A stretch of DNA of 50,625 nt from NCBI GenBank assembly GCA_051960055.1, contig JBQCES010000280.1, positions 1 to 50,625 of the forward strand, given 5' to 3'. Source of the DNA: Angustibacter sp. Its GTDB lineage: Bacteria > Actinomycetota > Actinomycetes > Actinomycetales > Angustibacteraceae. The position numbers and the translations under genes are program-made. The notes under the pieces were generated by a model. That model was not told where the DNA came from, did not search any database, and saw only the letters and a list, made by a program, of their open reading frames with translations. This document shows, one piece after another, positions 32,535-42,835 of this stretch (its first letter is position 1; the number at the start of each line of letters is the position of its first letter).

Positions 32535-34058
32535 ATGTCACATGTGATCGAGCCCACGACGGACACCCGTGCCCCCGCTACCGGTGATGACGAGGTCGAG
32601 GAGCCCACGCACCTGCACACGGGCAGTCACGACCTGCCGGTGAGCGAAGCGCTCGAGCGCTTCATGGCGCACGACTGGGCGACGCCGGCCACGCCCGCCG
32701 ACGGCCCACGTGAGGCGGCCACCTGGGCGGCCAAACGGCGCACGCGGCTGTCCGAGCAGTTCGCTGGTGAGCGGGTCGTCGTGCCGTCGGGCACCTACCT
32801 CGCCCGGTCGAACGACCAGGACTTCCGGTTCCGCCCGCACTCGGACTACGTCTGGCTCACTGGAGACCAGACGTCCGACTGCGTCCTCGTGCTGGAGCCG
32901 ACGTCCGGTGGCCACGACGCGATCCTCTTCCTGCGCCCGCGCGCCGAGCGTGAGGTCTCGCAGGAGTTCTGGCGCGATCGGCAGTACGGCGACTTCTGGG
33001 CGGGGCGGCGTCCCTCGCTCGCGGAGTCGATGGCCGACCTGGGGATCGAGTGCCGGCACGTCGACGAGCTGCCGGACTTCCTGCGCGCGCCCGCGCCCAC
33101 GCGAGTGCGGCGTGGCATCGACGCGCGGGTGGAGGCAGCGGCCGGTGATGCTCGGGCCCGCGCCACCCTGAGCCAGGCCAGCCTCGAGGGTCTCGACTCC
33201 GAGCTGGCGGCGGCGTTGTCGGAGCTGCGGCTGGTGAAGGACCAGTTCGAGCTCAGCCAGCTGCAGGCGGCCGTCGACAGCACGGCGCGCGGGTTCCGCG
33301 ACGTCGTCGCCGAGCTGCCGGCCAGCCGCGGGCACCGGCGCGGCGAGCGGTGGATCGAAGGCACCTTCTGGCGGCGCGCTCGGCTGGAGGGCAACGACGT
33401 CGGGTACACGAGCATCGTCGCCGGAGGTCCGCACGCCACCACGCTGCACTGGATCGACAACGACGGCCCGATCCGCGACGGCGACCTCCTGCTGCTCGAC
33501 ATGGGTGTCGAGACCGACGAGCTCTACACGGCGGACATCACGCGCACGCTGCCGGTCAGCGGCACCTTCACGCCCTTGCAGCGAGAGCTCTACGAGCTCG
33601 TGCGCCAAGCCCAGGACGCCGGTATCGCGGCCGTGCGGCCCGGCGCCGCCTTCCGCGACTTCCACCACGCGGCGATGAACGTCATGGCGCACGGCCTCGC
33701 CGACCTCGGCCTCCTCCCGTGCTCGGCCGAGGAGGCCCTCGACCCGAGCTCGACGATCTACCGGCGCTGGACCCTCTGCGGTACGGGCCACATGCTCGGG
33801 CTCGACGTCCACGACTGCGCGCAGGCGCGCGCCGAACAGTACCTGGACGGCGAGATCCGACCCGGTCACGTCCTCACCGTCGAGCCCGGGCTGTACCTGC
33901 AGGCCGACGACCTTCGACTGCCCGAGCAGCTGCGGGGCATCGGCATCCGCATCGAGGACGACCTCGTCGTCACCGAGGACGGCGCCCGGAACATGTCCGC
34001 CGGCCTGCCCCGCACGCCCGACGCCATCGAGGCGTGGATGGGTGAGCTGCTGCCCTGA
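32535..34058 (+). CDS. pepP: Xaa-Pro aminopeptidase (M24B)
   Basis: FRPHSD, TLHW, LLDMG, ADITRT, GHMLGLDVHD, TVEPGLY, GIRIEDD; true start may be GTG 32544. Confidence 0.92.
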   Translation: MSHVIEPTTDTRAPATGDDEVEEPTHLHTGSHDLPVSEALERFMAHDWATPATPADGPREAATWAAKRRTRLSEQFAGERVVVPSGTYLARSNDQDFRFRPHSDYVWLTGDQTSDCVLVLEPTSGGHDAILFLRPRAEREVSQEFWRDRQYGDFWAGRRPSLAESMADLGIECRHVDELPDFLRAPAPTRVRRGIDARVEAAAGDARARATLSQASLEGLDSELAAALSELRLVKDQFELSQLQAAVDSTARGFRDVVAELPASRGHRRGERWIEGTFWRRARLEGNDVGYTSIVAGGPHATTLHWIDNDGPIRDGDLLLLDMGVETDELYTADITRTLPVSGTFTPLQRELYELVRQAQDAGIAAVRPGAAFRDFHHAAMNVMAHGLADLGLLPCSAEEALDPSSTIYRRWTLCGTGHMLGLDVHDCAQARAEQYLDGEIRPGHVLTVEPGLYLQADDLRLPEQLRGIGIRIEDDLVVTEDGARNMSAGLPRTPDAIEAWMGELLP

Positions 34059-34117
34059 CCGTCGCCGGCGAACGCCCGGTGACCGCTCAACACCAACCCG
34101 ATCAGGATGGAGTGCCC

Positions 34118-35872
34118 ATGCAGATGCCCCGTGCGGTCATCCGGGGAGGGAGCCTGGCCGCAGCGGCAGCGCTCGCGCTCGCCGGCTGCAGCAGCCCAGG
34201 GAAGGCGGGATCGTCCGGTGAGTCCGGCGGCAAGGGCCGCACCGGCGGCACGCTGACGATCCTGTCGCTCAACCAGCAGCTCGACCACGTCGACCCGCAG
34301 CGCACCTACACCGGCGAGGACATGGCCTTCCTGTCCGGGTTCCTCACCCGCACGCTGACGGCGTACAAGCTGAGCGCCGACAACAAGACCGCCGGCGAGC
34401 TCGTGGGCGACCTGGCCACCGACACCGGCAAGGCGTCCGACGGCGGCAAGACGTGGGCCTTCACCCTGCGCGAGGGCGCCAAGTGGGAGGACGGCTCCGA
34501 CGTCACCTGCGCCGACATCAAGTACGGCGTCTCCCGCACGTTCGCGCAGACGGTGATCACCGACGGTCCGACGTACGCGATCAGCCTGCTGGACGTGCCG
34601 AAGGACAAGGACGGCAACCCCACCTACAAGGGCCCCTACGAGACCAAGAACAACGACACGGCCGCGTTCGACAAGGCCGTGGAGTGCTCCTCGGACGGCA
34701 AGACGATCACCTTCCACCTGAACCAGCCGGCCGGTGACTTCAACTACACCGTGACGCTGCCGGCGTTCGGCGCGGTGCCGAAGGCCAAGGACACCGGCGA
34801 GAAGTACGACGACAAGATCGTCTCCAACGGCCCCTACAAGGTGGCGGAGTACTCCAAGGGCCAGCAGCTCGTCCTCGAGCGCAACCCCAGCTGGAGCTCG
34901 GCCACCGACTCCTACCGCCCGGCGTACCCCGACAAGGTCGTCCTGAAGTTCGGTCTCGAGCAGTCCGTGATCGGGCAGCGCATGCAGGCCGACGCCGGTG
35001 AGGACCAGACCGCCATCATGCGCGAGGGTCTCGACACCGCGTCGCTGACCGCCGTCTTCAACGACCCGAGGTTCGAGAAGCGTCGTGTGGACGCCCTCGA
35101 CCCCTACGTGCGCTACATCGCCATCAACGTCACCAAGGTGCCCAACCTCAAGCACCGGCAGGCGATCCTGGCTGCTGCCGACCGCGCCGCGATCCGCACG
35201 ATCGCCGGCGGTGCGTTCGCCGGCGACCTCGCCGATGGGATCATCAAGCCGAACCTCAGCGCCGACTACGCGGCCAGCGGGCTCTGGGACTCGCTGCTGG
35301 GCGACAAGGTGCCCGACACCGGCAACCCGGAGTTGGCCAAGAAGCTGATCGCCGAGTCGGGCGAGCCCATGCCGCCGCTGACCTTCGACTACGGCAAGAC
35401 GCCGGACACCGACAAGCAGGCCGCCTCGCTGCAGAAGTCCCTGAGCCGCGCGGGCATCAAGCTCAAGCTCAACCCCATCGAGGCCGGACAGTTCTACTCC
35501 ACGGTGCTCGATCCCGCCAAGGAGCACGAGCTGGCTCGGGCCGGCTGGGGCCCGGACTGGCTGAACGCCTCGACCGTCATCCCCGAGCTGTTCACCCCCA
35601 GCGGTGGCTTCAACCTCTCGCGGGCCAACGACAAGGCGTTCAACGAGAAGGTCAAGGCCGCCAAGGCCGAGACCGACCGCGCCAAGCAGGCCGAGATGTG
35701 GAAGGCGCTCAACAAGGAGGCCATGGCTCAGGCCTGGCTGATGCCGACCCTGCTCACCCGGATCCAGCGCCTGGCCGGCTCCAAGGTGGGAACGGCCCAC
35801 GGTGACGGCGGCAAGATCTACGTCTGGTCGCCGTACGGCTCCTGGGCCTACGCGGACCTCTACGTGAAGTAG
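34118..35872 (+). CDS. ABC peptide-binding lipoprotein (SBP family 5)
   Basis: Lipobox LAGC; GDLA..W.FTLR.G.KWEDG; SNGPYK; GWGPDW. Confidence 0.9.
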   Translation: MQMPRAVIRGGSLAAAAALALAGCSSPGKAGSSGESGGKGRTGGTLTILSLNQQLDHVDPQRTYTGEDMAFLSGFLTRTLTAYKLSADNKTAGELVGDLATDTGKASDGGKTWAFTLREGAKWEDGSDVTCADIKYGVSRTFAQTVITDGPTYAISLLDVPKDKDGNPTYKGPYETKNNDTAAFDKAVECSSDGKTITFHLNQPAGDFNYTVTLPAFGAVPKAKDTGEKYDDKIVSNGPYKVAEYSKGQQLVLERNPSWSSATDSYRPAYPDKVVLKFGLEQSVIGQRMQADAGEDQTAIMREGLDTASLTAVFNDPRFEKRRVDALDPYVRYIAINVTKVPNLKHRQAILAAADRAAIRTIAGGAFAGDLADGIIKPNLSADYAASGLWDSLLGDKVPDTGNPELAKKLIAESGEPMPPLTFDYGKTPDTDKQAASLQKSLSRAGIKLKLNPIEAGQFYSTVLDPAKEHELARAGWGPDWLNASTVIPELFTPSGGFNLSRANDKAFNEKVKAAKAETDRAKQAEMWKALNKEAMAQAWLMPTLLTRIQRLAGSKVGTAHGDGGKIYVWSPYGSWAYADLYVK

Positions 35873-35885
35873 CGGTCACTCAGAC

Positions 35886-35948
35886 TGTCGCCGCCTAGGG
35901 GCGCGGCGACACCCAGCAGGGCGGGCGTTGCGCGAGCGCCCGCCCTGC
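35886..35948 (+). terminator. two tandem stem-loops after SBP gene
   Basis: TGTCGCCGC/GCGGCGACA and GCAGGGCGGGCG/CGCCCGCCCTGC. Confidence 0.6.
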
Positions 35949-36213
35949 GCCATGTCCGGGCGGCTGCGCGACGCCTCGCCGGCCACGCCTCGAGAGATCG
36001 TAAAGAAACGGGCAAGAGCACCCAAAGACTTCGCTCAGGGCATTGAGCACTTACGTGACATGTGAAATGTTACAGCGCGGTCGGACCACCCCACCATCAG
36101 TCGATGGGTCCGGGGCCGCAGGTCCGGCAGTCACTGTCAGCCCAGGGAGAAGGCATGTCTTCAGTGAACTCGGTGAGCCCGGTCAATCCGGCACAACCCG
36201 CAGGTGTGGTGGC

Positions 36214-38799
36214 ATGAGGTGGCCACGGGTCGGCGCCCGGATCGCCGCGCCACTGGCCTGCGCCGCACTGCTCACCGGAGCCGTCGGCGCCGTCAACGCC
36301 TCCGCCGCACCGGCGTCGTCCAGCGGTGCCCAGCGCACGCACTCGACGAAGCCGGCTCCGGCCTTCGTCACCGGTCAGGAGGATCCAGCACAGGAGGTCG
36401 CCGAGCGCACCCAGCGCCCGAACACCGCACTCACCCCGCCGCTTTCAGCAGATCGGCACCGCCTGCGGGCGCGCGCTGACCAGACCCGGCCCACGACGCT
36501 GAGCCGGCCGTCGATGAAGTCGCAGCCCAAGACGGCTCAGCGGCAGAGCAGCACGGCCGCCGTCGCGGCCTGCTCGCCGTCGGACTTCGCGTCCCGCACC
36601 GGCTCGGCGCTGGTCACGCAGGTGAAGTCCAGCACCACGGACTGCATCAACAGCCTGTTCAGCGTCTCCGGCTCCACCGCGCGCAGCATCTTCAACGAGT
36701 CCCAGATGGTCACCATCGCGTACGCGTTGCGCGACGTGTCGGCCAGCTACCCGGGTGACGCCTCCACCGGAGCGCCGCAGCTGGTGCTGTTCCTGCGTGC
36801 CGGCTACTACGTGCAGTACTACGACCCGACGACGGTCGGCACCTACGGCACGTCGCTGAAGACGGCCATCGAGGCAGGCCTCGACCGGTTCTTCGCCAGC
36901 GCCCACTCCCAGGACGTCACGGACGCCAACGGCGAGACGCTGTCGGAGGCCGTGACCCTCATCGACAGCGCCGAGGAGAACGCTCGCTACCTCTACGTCG
37001 TCAAGCGCCTGCTGAACGGCTACAACAGCAGCTACGACAGCTCGTGGTGGATGCTGAACGCCGTCAACAACACCTACACCGTGCTCTTCCGCGGTCACCA
37101 GGTGCCGGCGTTCGTCAGCGCGGTCCAGTCCGACCCCAGCGTGCTCGACACGCTGTACAACTTCGCGAGCCAGCACCTCAACCTGCTGGGCGGCAACCAG
37201 AGCTACCTGACCAGCAACGCCGGGCGTGAGCTCGGCCGGTTCCTGCAGCACTCGGCGATGCAGCCGACCGTGCGCCCGAAGGTCGCGGGCCTGCTCAACC
37301 AGTCGCAGATGACCGGCCCGACGGCTCCGCTGTGGGTCGGCTCGGCCGAGATGACCGACCAGTACGACCAGGCGAACTGCTCGTACTACAACACCTGCAA
37401 CCTCTCGAGCCGGTTGGCCAGCAGCGTGCTGACCTCCAACTACACGTGCAGCTCGAGCATCCGGATCCTCGCCCAGGACATGACGGCCAGCCAGCTGTCG
37501 AGCAGCTGCTCGAGCCTGCTGAACCAGGACGCCTACTTCCACAGCATCGTGAAGGACTCCGGGCCGGTGGCGAACGACTACAACTCGACGATCGAGGTCG
37601 TGGTCTTCAACTCCAGCACGGACTACCAGACGTACGCCGGGGCGATGTACGGCATCGACACCAACAACGGTGGCATGTACCTCGAGGGTGACCCGGCGGC
37701 GTCCGGCAACCAGCCGCGGTTCATCGCCTACGAGGCGGAGTGGGTGCGCCCGACGTTCCAGATCTGGAACCTCAACCACGAGTACACCCACTACCTCGAT
37801 GGTCGCTACGACATGTACGGCGACTTCAACGCCGGCGTGACCACGCCGACCATCTGGTGGATCGAGGGCTTCGCCGAGTACGTCTCGTACTCCTACCGCA
37901 ACGTCACGTACACCGACGCCATGACGCAGGCGGGGTACCAGACCTACACCCTGCGCCAGCTCTTCGACACCGACTACACCGCCGACCAGACCCGCATCTA
38001 CAACTGGGGCTACCTGGCGAGCCGGTTCATGATCACCCAGCACTGGGCTGACATGGCCAAGGTGCTCGGGTACTACCGCACCGGCCAGTGGACGGCTGCC
38101 CGTACGTACCTCACGAGCACGATCGGCACGCGCTACGACGCGGAGTTCCGCACGTGGCTGCAGGGGTGCGCCGCCGGCAGCTGCGGCGGCTCGACCACGC
38201 CGACCAACCAGGCGCCGACCGCGTCGTTCTCGGTCAGCACCAACGGTCTCACCGCCTCCTTCACCGACAGCTCGAGCGACGCCGACGGCACCATCGCCTC
38301 GCGCAAGTGGAGCTTCGGTGACGGCAGCACGTCGACGGCGACCAACCCGACGAAGACCTACGCGGCCGCGGGGACGTACACCGTCCAGCTCACCGTCACC
38401 GACGACGGCGGCAAGACGGCGTCGACGAGCCGCAGCGTCACGGTGTCGTCCGGTGGCGGCACCCCCGCCACCGAGTGCACGGGCTCCGACGTGCGGGCAC
38501 TCGGCCAGAACTGCGTCCGCAGCAACCGCAGCGCCGCTGCGGGTGACGACGACTACCTGTACCTGTACGTGCCGGCGGGTACCGCCAAGCTGACCATCAC
38601 CAGCTCGGGCGGTACCGGCAACGCCGACCTGTACTACAGCCCGTCGTCGTGGGCCACGCCGTCGAACTACACGCTGCGCTCCACCAACGCGGGGAACAGC
38701 GAGACGATCACGGTGAACAACCCGCCGTCCGGCTACGTCTACATCACGCTGCACGCGACGACGTCGTTCAGTGGCGTGAGCGTCAAGACGTCGTTCTGA
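36214..38799 (+). CDS. secreted M9 collagenase with PKD and PPC domains
   Basis: Signal peptide; LFLRAGYY, TNNGGMYLEG, HEYTHYLDGRY, WWIEGFAEY; PKD (WSFGDG) and PPC (GNADLY) domains. Confidence 0.93.
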   Translation: MRWPRVGARIAAPLACAALLTGAVGAVNASAAPASSSGAQRTHSTKPAPAFVTGQEDPAQEVAERTQRPNTALTPPLSADRHRLRARADQTRPTTLSRPSMKSQPKTAQRQSSTAAVAACSPSDFASRTGSALVTQVKSSTTDCINSLFSVSGSTARSIFNESQMVTIAYALRDVSASYPGDASTGAPQLVLFLRAGYYVQYYDPTTVGTYGTSLKTAIEAGLDRFFASAHSQDVTDANGETLSEAVTLIDSAEENARYLYVVKRLLNGYNSSYDSSWWMLNAVNNTYTVLFRGHQVPAFVSAVQSDPSVLDTLYNFASQHLNLLGGNQSYLTSNAGRELGRFLQHSAMQPTVRPKVAGLLNQSQMTGPTAPLWVGSAEMTDQYDQANCSYYNTCNLSSRLASSVLTSNYTCSSSIRILAQDMTASQLSSSCSSLLNQDAYFHSIVKDSGPVANDYNSTIEVVVFNSSTDYQTYAGAMYGIDTNNGGMYLEGDPAASGNQPRFIAYEAEWVRPTFQIWNLNHEYTHYLDGRYDMYGDFNAGVTTPTIWWIEGFAEYVSYSYRNVTYTDAMTQAGYQTYTLRQLFDTDYTADQTRIYNWGYLASRFMITQHWADMAKVLGYYRTGQWTAARTYLTSTIGTRYDAEFRTWLQGCAAGSCGGSTTPTNQAPTASFSVSTNGLTASFTDSSSDADGTIASRKWSFGDGSTSTATNPTKTYAAAGTYTVQLTVTDDGGKTASTSRSVTVSSGGGTPATECTGSDVRALGQNCVRSNRSAAAGDDDYLYLYVPAGTAKLTITSSGGTGNADLYYSPSSWATPSNYTLRSTNAGNSETITVNNPPSGYVYITLHATTSFSGVSVKTSF

Positions 38800-38844
38800 C
38801 CAAGGGGAAGCAGGCCCGCGTCCGCAGGACGTGAGCCAAACGGG

Positions 38845-38877
38845 CGGCGGGGCCGGGAACCACTCCCGGCCCCGCCG
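38845..38877 (+). terminator. stem-loop after collagenase
   Basis: CGGCGGGGCCGGGA / TCCCGGCCCCGCCG. Confidence 0.65.
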
Positions 38878-38899
38878 TCATGCCATGTAAAATGGCACT

Positions 38900-40054
38900 G
38901 TGCCTCATGTCGTCGTGATCGGAGCCGGGATCATCGGCGCCGCCTGTGCGTTCTTCGCTGCCGAGGCCGGCCTGCCGGTGACGGTCGTCGATCGCGCCGT
39001 GCCCGCGGCCGGGACGACGAGCCGCGGCGAGGGCAACGTGCTCGTGTCCGACAAGGGCCCCGGCGCCGAGCTCGACCTCGCCCTGCTGTCGGCCCGGCTG
39101 TGGCGCGAGCTGGGCGCCACGTTCGGTGCCGAGATGGAGCTGGAGGCCAAGGGCGGCCTGGTCGTGGCGACGTCGGACGCCGGCGCCGCCTCGCTGCTGC
39201 GCTTCGCCGAGGCCCAGGCCGGCGCGGGCGTCGAGACGCAGGTCGTGCGCGGGCCTGAGCTGCGCGCGCTGGAGCCGCACCTGGCCCCCGAGCTCGAGGT
39301 CGGCGTCCACTACCCCGGTGACCTGCAGGTCCAGCCGGTGCAGGCGGCCACCGCGCTGCTGCGCCGCGCCGCCGAGCGGGGGGCCCGCGTGCTCACCGGC
39401 GTCAGCGTGCACGGGATCGAGCGCACCGCCGACGGGCACGTCGCGGGCGTGGTGACCAGTCGCGGACCCCTGCCCGCCGACGTCGTCGTGAACGCCACCG
39501 GCACGTGGGCCGGAGAGGTCTCGCGGCTGCTCGACGCGCCGGTGCCGGTGCTGCCCCGGCGCGGCTTCGTGCTGGTCACCGAGCCGCTCCCCCCGCTGGT
39601 GCGGCACAAGGTGTACTCGGCCGACTACGTCGACAACGTGGCCGCCAGCTCGGCGGGCCTCGAGACGTCCGCGGTGGTCGAGGGCACCGCGGGTGGCACG
39701 GTGCTCATCGGGGCGAGCCGCGAGCGCGTCGGCTTCGATCCCACGCTGTCGCCCGGCGTCGTCGTGCAGCTGGCTCGCCAGGCCGTCGCGCTGTTCCCGT
39801 GCCTGGCCGACGTCCAGCTCATGCGCGTCTACCACGGCTTCCGGCCCTACTGCCCCGACCACCTGCCCGTGCTCGGGTGGGACCGCCGCGTCCCCGGCCT
39901 GCTGCAGGCGGCTGGGCACGAGGGCGCCGGTATCGGGCTGGCGCCGGCCACCGGGGCCCTCATCGCCGAGCTCATCACCGGCCGGACGCCGAGCGTGGAC
40001 GTCACGCCCTTCGACCCGGCCCGCTTCGACGACTCCGGTGAGGAGAACCCGTGA
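38900..40054 (+). CDS. FAD-dependent oxidoreductase, probable D-hydroxyproline dehydrogenase catalytic subunit (LhpB-like)
   Basis: GAGIIG, GFRP, GHEGAGIGLAP (DAO family); cluster context. Confidence 0.8.
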   Translation: MPHVVVIGAGIIGAACAFFAAEAGLPVTVVDRAVPAAGTTSRGEGNVLVSDKGPGAELDLALLSARLWRELGATFGAEMELEAKGGLVVATSDAGAASLLRFAEAQAGAGVETQVVRGPELRALEPHLAPELEVGVHYPGDLQVQPVQAATALLRRAAERGARVLTGVSVHGIERTADGHVAGVVTSRGPLPADVVVNATGTWAGEVSRLLDAPVPVLPRRGFVLVTEPLPPLVRHKVYSADYVDNVAASSAGLETSAVVEGTAGGTVLIGASRERVGFDPTLSPGVVVQLARQAVALFPCLADVQLMRVYHGFRPYCPDHLPVLGWDRRVPGLLQAAGHEGAGIGLAPATGALIAELITGRTPSVDVTPFDPARFDDSGEENP

Positions 40055-40326
40055 GCTCCGCAGTGTTCAGCTTCGACGGCCGGCAGGTGCCGTTCGACGA
40101 CGGTCAGAGCATCGCGGCCGCCCTGCTCGCCCACGGCGTGCGCTCGTGGCGGACGACGCGGGTGGACGCCCGCCCACGCGGGCTGTTCTGCGGCATCGGA
40201 ATCTGCTTCGACTGCCTGCTCGTCGTCGACGGCCGGCCCAACGTGCGGGCGTGCTTGACGCCGGCCCGACCCGGCATGGTCGTGCAGACCCAGGAAGGAA
40301 CGGGCCATGACCACCTCGCCCTCTGA
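40051..40326 (+). CDS. 2Fe-2S subunit (LhpE-like)
   Basis: RGLFCGIGICFDC...RAC. Confidence 0.85.
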   Translation: MSSAVFSFDGRQVPFDDGQSIAAALLAHGVRSWRTTRVDARPRGLFCGIGICFDCLLVVDGRPNVRACLTPARPGMVVQTQEGTGHDHLAL

Positions 40327-41860
40327 GCGCACCGCGCCCGCTGCCCGTGATGCCGTCGACCGCGTCTGGGACGTCGTCGTCGTGGGTGCCGGGCCTGCCG
40401 GACTGGCTGCCGCGGTGCGCGCCGCCGACGCCGGTGCCGACGTCGCACTCATCGATGCCGGCACGGGGCCCGGTGGGCAGTACTGGCGTCGCCCAGCGCA
40501 TCCGGAGCTCGCCGCACGCACCGCCCGCCTGCACCACGACGAGCGCACCTGGTCGGCGCTGAGTGACGCGCTCGCCGGCCACGAGCTGTCGGGGCGCGTC
40601 CAGCTGCGCGTGCAGCACGACGTGTGGACAGTGGGTCGCCACGACGGCCAGCTGGAGGTGCGGGCGGTCGACCGCGCCGCGCCCCTTCCGGTCGAGGTGG
40701 TGCTGCGTGGACGCACGCTCGTGCTGGCACCGGGTGCCTATGATCGCCAGCTCCCCATCCCGGGCTGGGACCTGCCCGGTGTGATGACCGCCGGTGGCGC
40801 CCAGGCCCTGCTGAAGGGGCAGGCCACGGTGCCCGGCGAGCGGGTCGTCGTCGCCGGCACCGGCCCGTTCCTGCTGCCCGTGGCCGCGGGGCTGGCGCAG
40901 GCGGGTGTGCACGTCGCCGGTGTGCACGAGGCGGCCGGCGTCGCCGCGTGGGTGCCGCACGCCGGTGCTCTCGTGCGCCAGCCCGGCAAGCTGGTCGAGG
41001 GCGGCGGCTACGCAGCGGTGCTCGCGCGCCACGGCGTGCGCTACCGCACGCGCTCGACGGTGGTCCGCGCCCACGGCGGCTCGGCGCTGGAGGCCGTGAC
41101 GGTGGCGCGGCTCGACCGCCGGGGCCGGGCCGTGCCCGGGAGCGAGCGCACCGTCGAGACCGACGTCCTGGCCCTCGGCTGGGGGTTCACCCCGCAGCTC
41201 GAGCTGCCCCTGGCCCTCGGGTGCGCGACCCGCGTGGACGCCGACGGCTCGCTGGTCGTCACCGTCGACGACGCCCAGGCGACCAGCGTCGACGGCGTGT
41301 TCGTGGCCGGAGAGGCCTGCGGGGTCGGCGGGGCGGCGCTCGCGGTCGTCGAGGGGGAGCTCGCCGGAGCGGCCGCCGCTGCCCACGCGGGCCGCACGAC
41401 GCTCACCGCCGGAGGCGACCGCACGACCGCGCTGCGCCGCCGGCGGGCCGGGCTGCGCACGTTCGCGCAGGCCATGCACCGGGTCTACGCGGTGCCGGCC
41501 GCCTGGCCCGAGCGCGTCGACGACGACACGACGGTCTGCCGGTGCGAGGAGGTGCGCGCGGGTCGACTGCGCGCTGCCGTCACGGCGGAGCCCGGGGCCG
41601 ACGTCCGCGCGGCCAAGCACCTCACCCGAGTCGCGATGGGCTGGTGCCAGGGGCGCGTGTGCGGCTATGCCGCGAGCGGCCTCGTGGCGCACTGGACCGG
41701 CCAGGCGGCGCAGCCCGAGGCCGTGGCGGCCCGCCCGGTCGCGGCGCCCGTGCGACTCGGGGTGCTGGCCGCCGCGGCGACCGCCTCCGACGCGCCGGAC
41801 GCCCCACTCGGCTCTCAGGAGCAGACTGGTGCGGCCGATGGTGACGCCGCAGACGCTTGA
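40307..41860 (+). CDS. FAD/NAD oxidoreductase with BFD-like Fe-S domain (LhpF-like)
   Basis: GAGPAG, PGWDLPGV, VCRCEEV, MGWCQGRVC. Confidence 0.82.
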   Translation: MTTSPSERTAPAARDAVDRVWDVVVVGAGPAGLAAAVRAADAGADVALIDAGTGPGGQYWRRPAHPELAARTARLHHDERTWSALSDALAGHELSGRVQLRVQHDVWTVGRHDGQLEVRAVDRAAPLPVEVVLRGRTLVLAPGAYDRQLPIPGWDLPGVMTAGGAQALLKGQATVPGERVVVAGTGPFLLPVAAGLAQAGVHVAGVHEAAGVAAWVPHAGALVRQPGKLVEGGGYAAVLARHGVRYRTRSTVVRAHGGSALEAVTVARLDRRGRAVPGSERTVETDVLALGWGFTPQLELPLALGCATRVDADGSLVVTVDDAQATSVDGVFVAGEACGVGGAALAVVEGELAGAAAAAHAGRTTLTAGGDRTTALRRRRAGLRTFAQAMHRVYAVPAAWPERVDDDTTVCRCEEVRAGRLRAAVTAEPGADVRAAKHLTRVAMGWCQGRVCGYAASGLVAHWTGQAAQPEAVAARPVAAPVRLGVLAAAATASDAPDAPLGSQEQTGAADGDAADA

Positions 41861-41894
41861 TGTCCGCGGTAGTGCAATGTAATATTGCACTACC
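41857..41894 (+). promoter_or_regulatory. sigma70-type promoter overlapped by palindromic operator
   Basis: TTGATG-N17-TAATAT with GGTAGTGCAAT-GTAAT-ATTGCACTACC (11-bp arms) covering the -10. Confidence 0.8.
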
Positions 41895-41909
41895 TTCTGA
41901 GCCCTTGGA

Positions 41910-42833
41910 GTGCCGATGCCTGACCAGCTGTCCCCCACCGAGTCCGCCGCCCAGCCCTGGCACGGCGTGATCGTCGCCACGGCGCTGCCCTTCACCTCCT
42001 CCGGTGAGGTCGACTACGACCGTTACGCCGAGCACGTCGCCTGGCTCGCGGACAACGGCTGCGACGGCGTCGCGCCCAACGGCTCCCTGGGCGAGTACCA
42101 GGTGCTGACGCCGGAGGAGCGCGCCCGCGTCGTCCGCACCGCCATCGACGCGGCGCCCGAGGGCTTCACGGTCATGCCGGGCGTCGGCGCGTACGGCGCC
42201 CGTGAGGCCCGGGCCCTCGCCGAGGCGGCCGCGGAGTCAGGCGCGCAGGTCGTGATGGCGCTGCCGCCCAACGCCTACCGCGGCGACGAGCGCGCGGTCG
42301 TCGAGCACTTCCGTGAGATCGCCAAGGCCGGCCTGCCGATCTCGGCGTACAACAACCCCATCGACACCAAGATCGACCTCACGCCGCAGCTGCTGCGCGA
42401 GCTGCACCTCGAGGGCCTGGTCGTGGCCGTCAAGGAGTTCACCGGCGAGTCCCGCCGCAGCTACGAGATCGCCGAGCTGGCCCCGGGTCTCGACATCCTG
42501 ATCGGCACCGACGACTCGGTGCTCGAGGTCGGCCTGGCCGGCGCCAAGGGTTGGGTCGCCGGTTACCCCAACGCGCTGCCCCGCGCCTGCGTCGAGCTCT
42601 ACCGGGCCACGCTGGCGCACGATCTCGACGTCGCGCTCCCGCTCTACCGCCAGCTGCACGCGCTCCTGCGCTGGGACTTCCAGACCGAGTTCGTCCAGGC
42701 CATCAAGCTGTCGATGGACGTCGTCGGTCGCCACGGCGGCCCGTGCCGGGCCCCGCGCCAGCCCCTGCTGCCGGAGGACGAGCGCCTCGTGCGTGAGCTC
42801 ACCGAGGCAGCGGTTGCCGCCGGTCTGAGCTGA
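41910..42833 (+). CDS. DHDPS-family protein, probable Pyr4H2C deaminase (LhpC-like)
   Basis: NGSLGE, YNNP, AVKEF; adjacent to epimerase. Confidence 0.82.
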   Translation: MPMPDQLSPTESAAQPWHGVIVATALPFTSSGEVDYDRYAEHVAWLADNGCDGVAPNGSLGEYQVLTPEERARVVRTAIDAAPEGFTVMPGVGAYGAREARALAEAAAESGAQVVMALPPNAYRGDERAVVEHFREIAKAGLPISAYNNPIDTKIDLTPQLLRELHLEGLVVAVKEFTGESRRSYEIAELAPGLDILIGTDDSVLEVGLAGAKGWVAGYPNALPRACVELYRATLAHDLDVALPLYRQLHALLRWDFQTEFVQAIKLSMDVVGRHGGPCRAPRQPLLPEDERLVRELTEAAVAAGLS

Positions 42834-42835
42834 CC

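Noticed and set aside
38900-41860. Hydrogen cyanide synthase (hcnABC), opine oxidase or sarcosine oxidase
   Set aside because: Same protein families, but linkage to the epimerase, DHDPS-like deaminase and aldehyde dehydrogenase favours D-hydroxyproline dehydrogenase.
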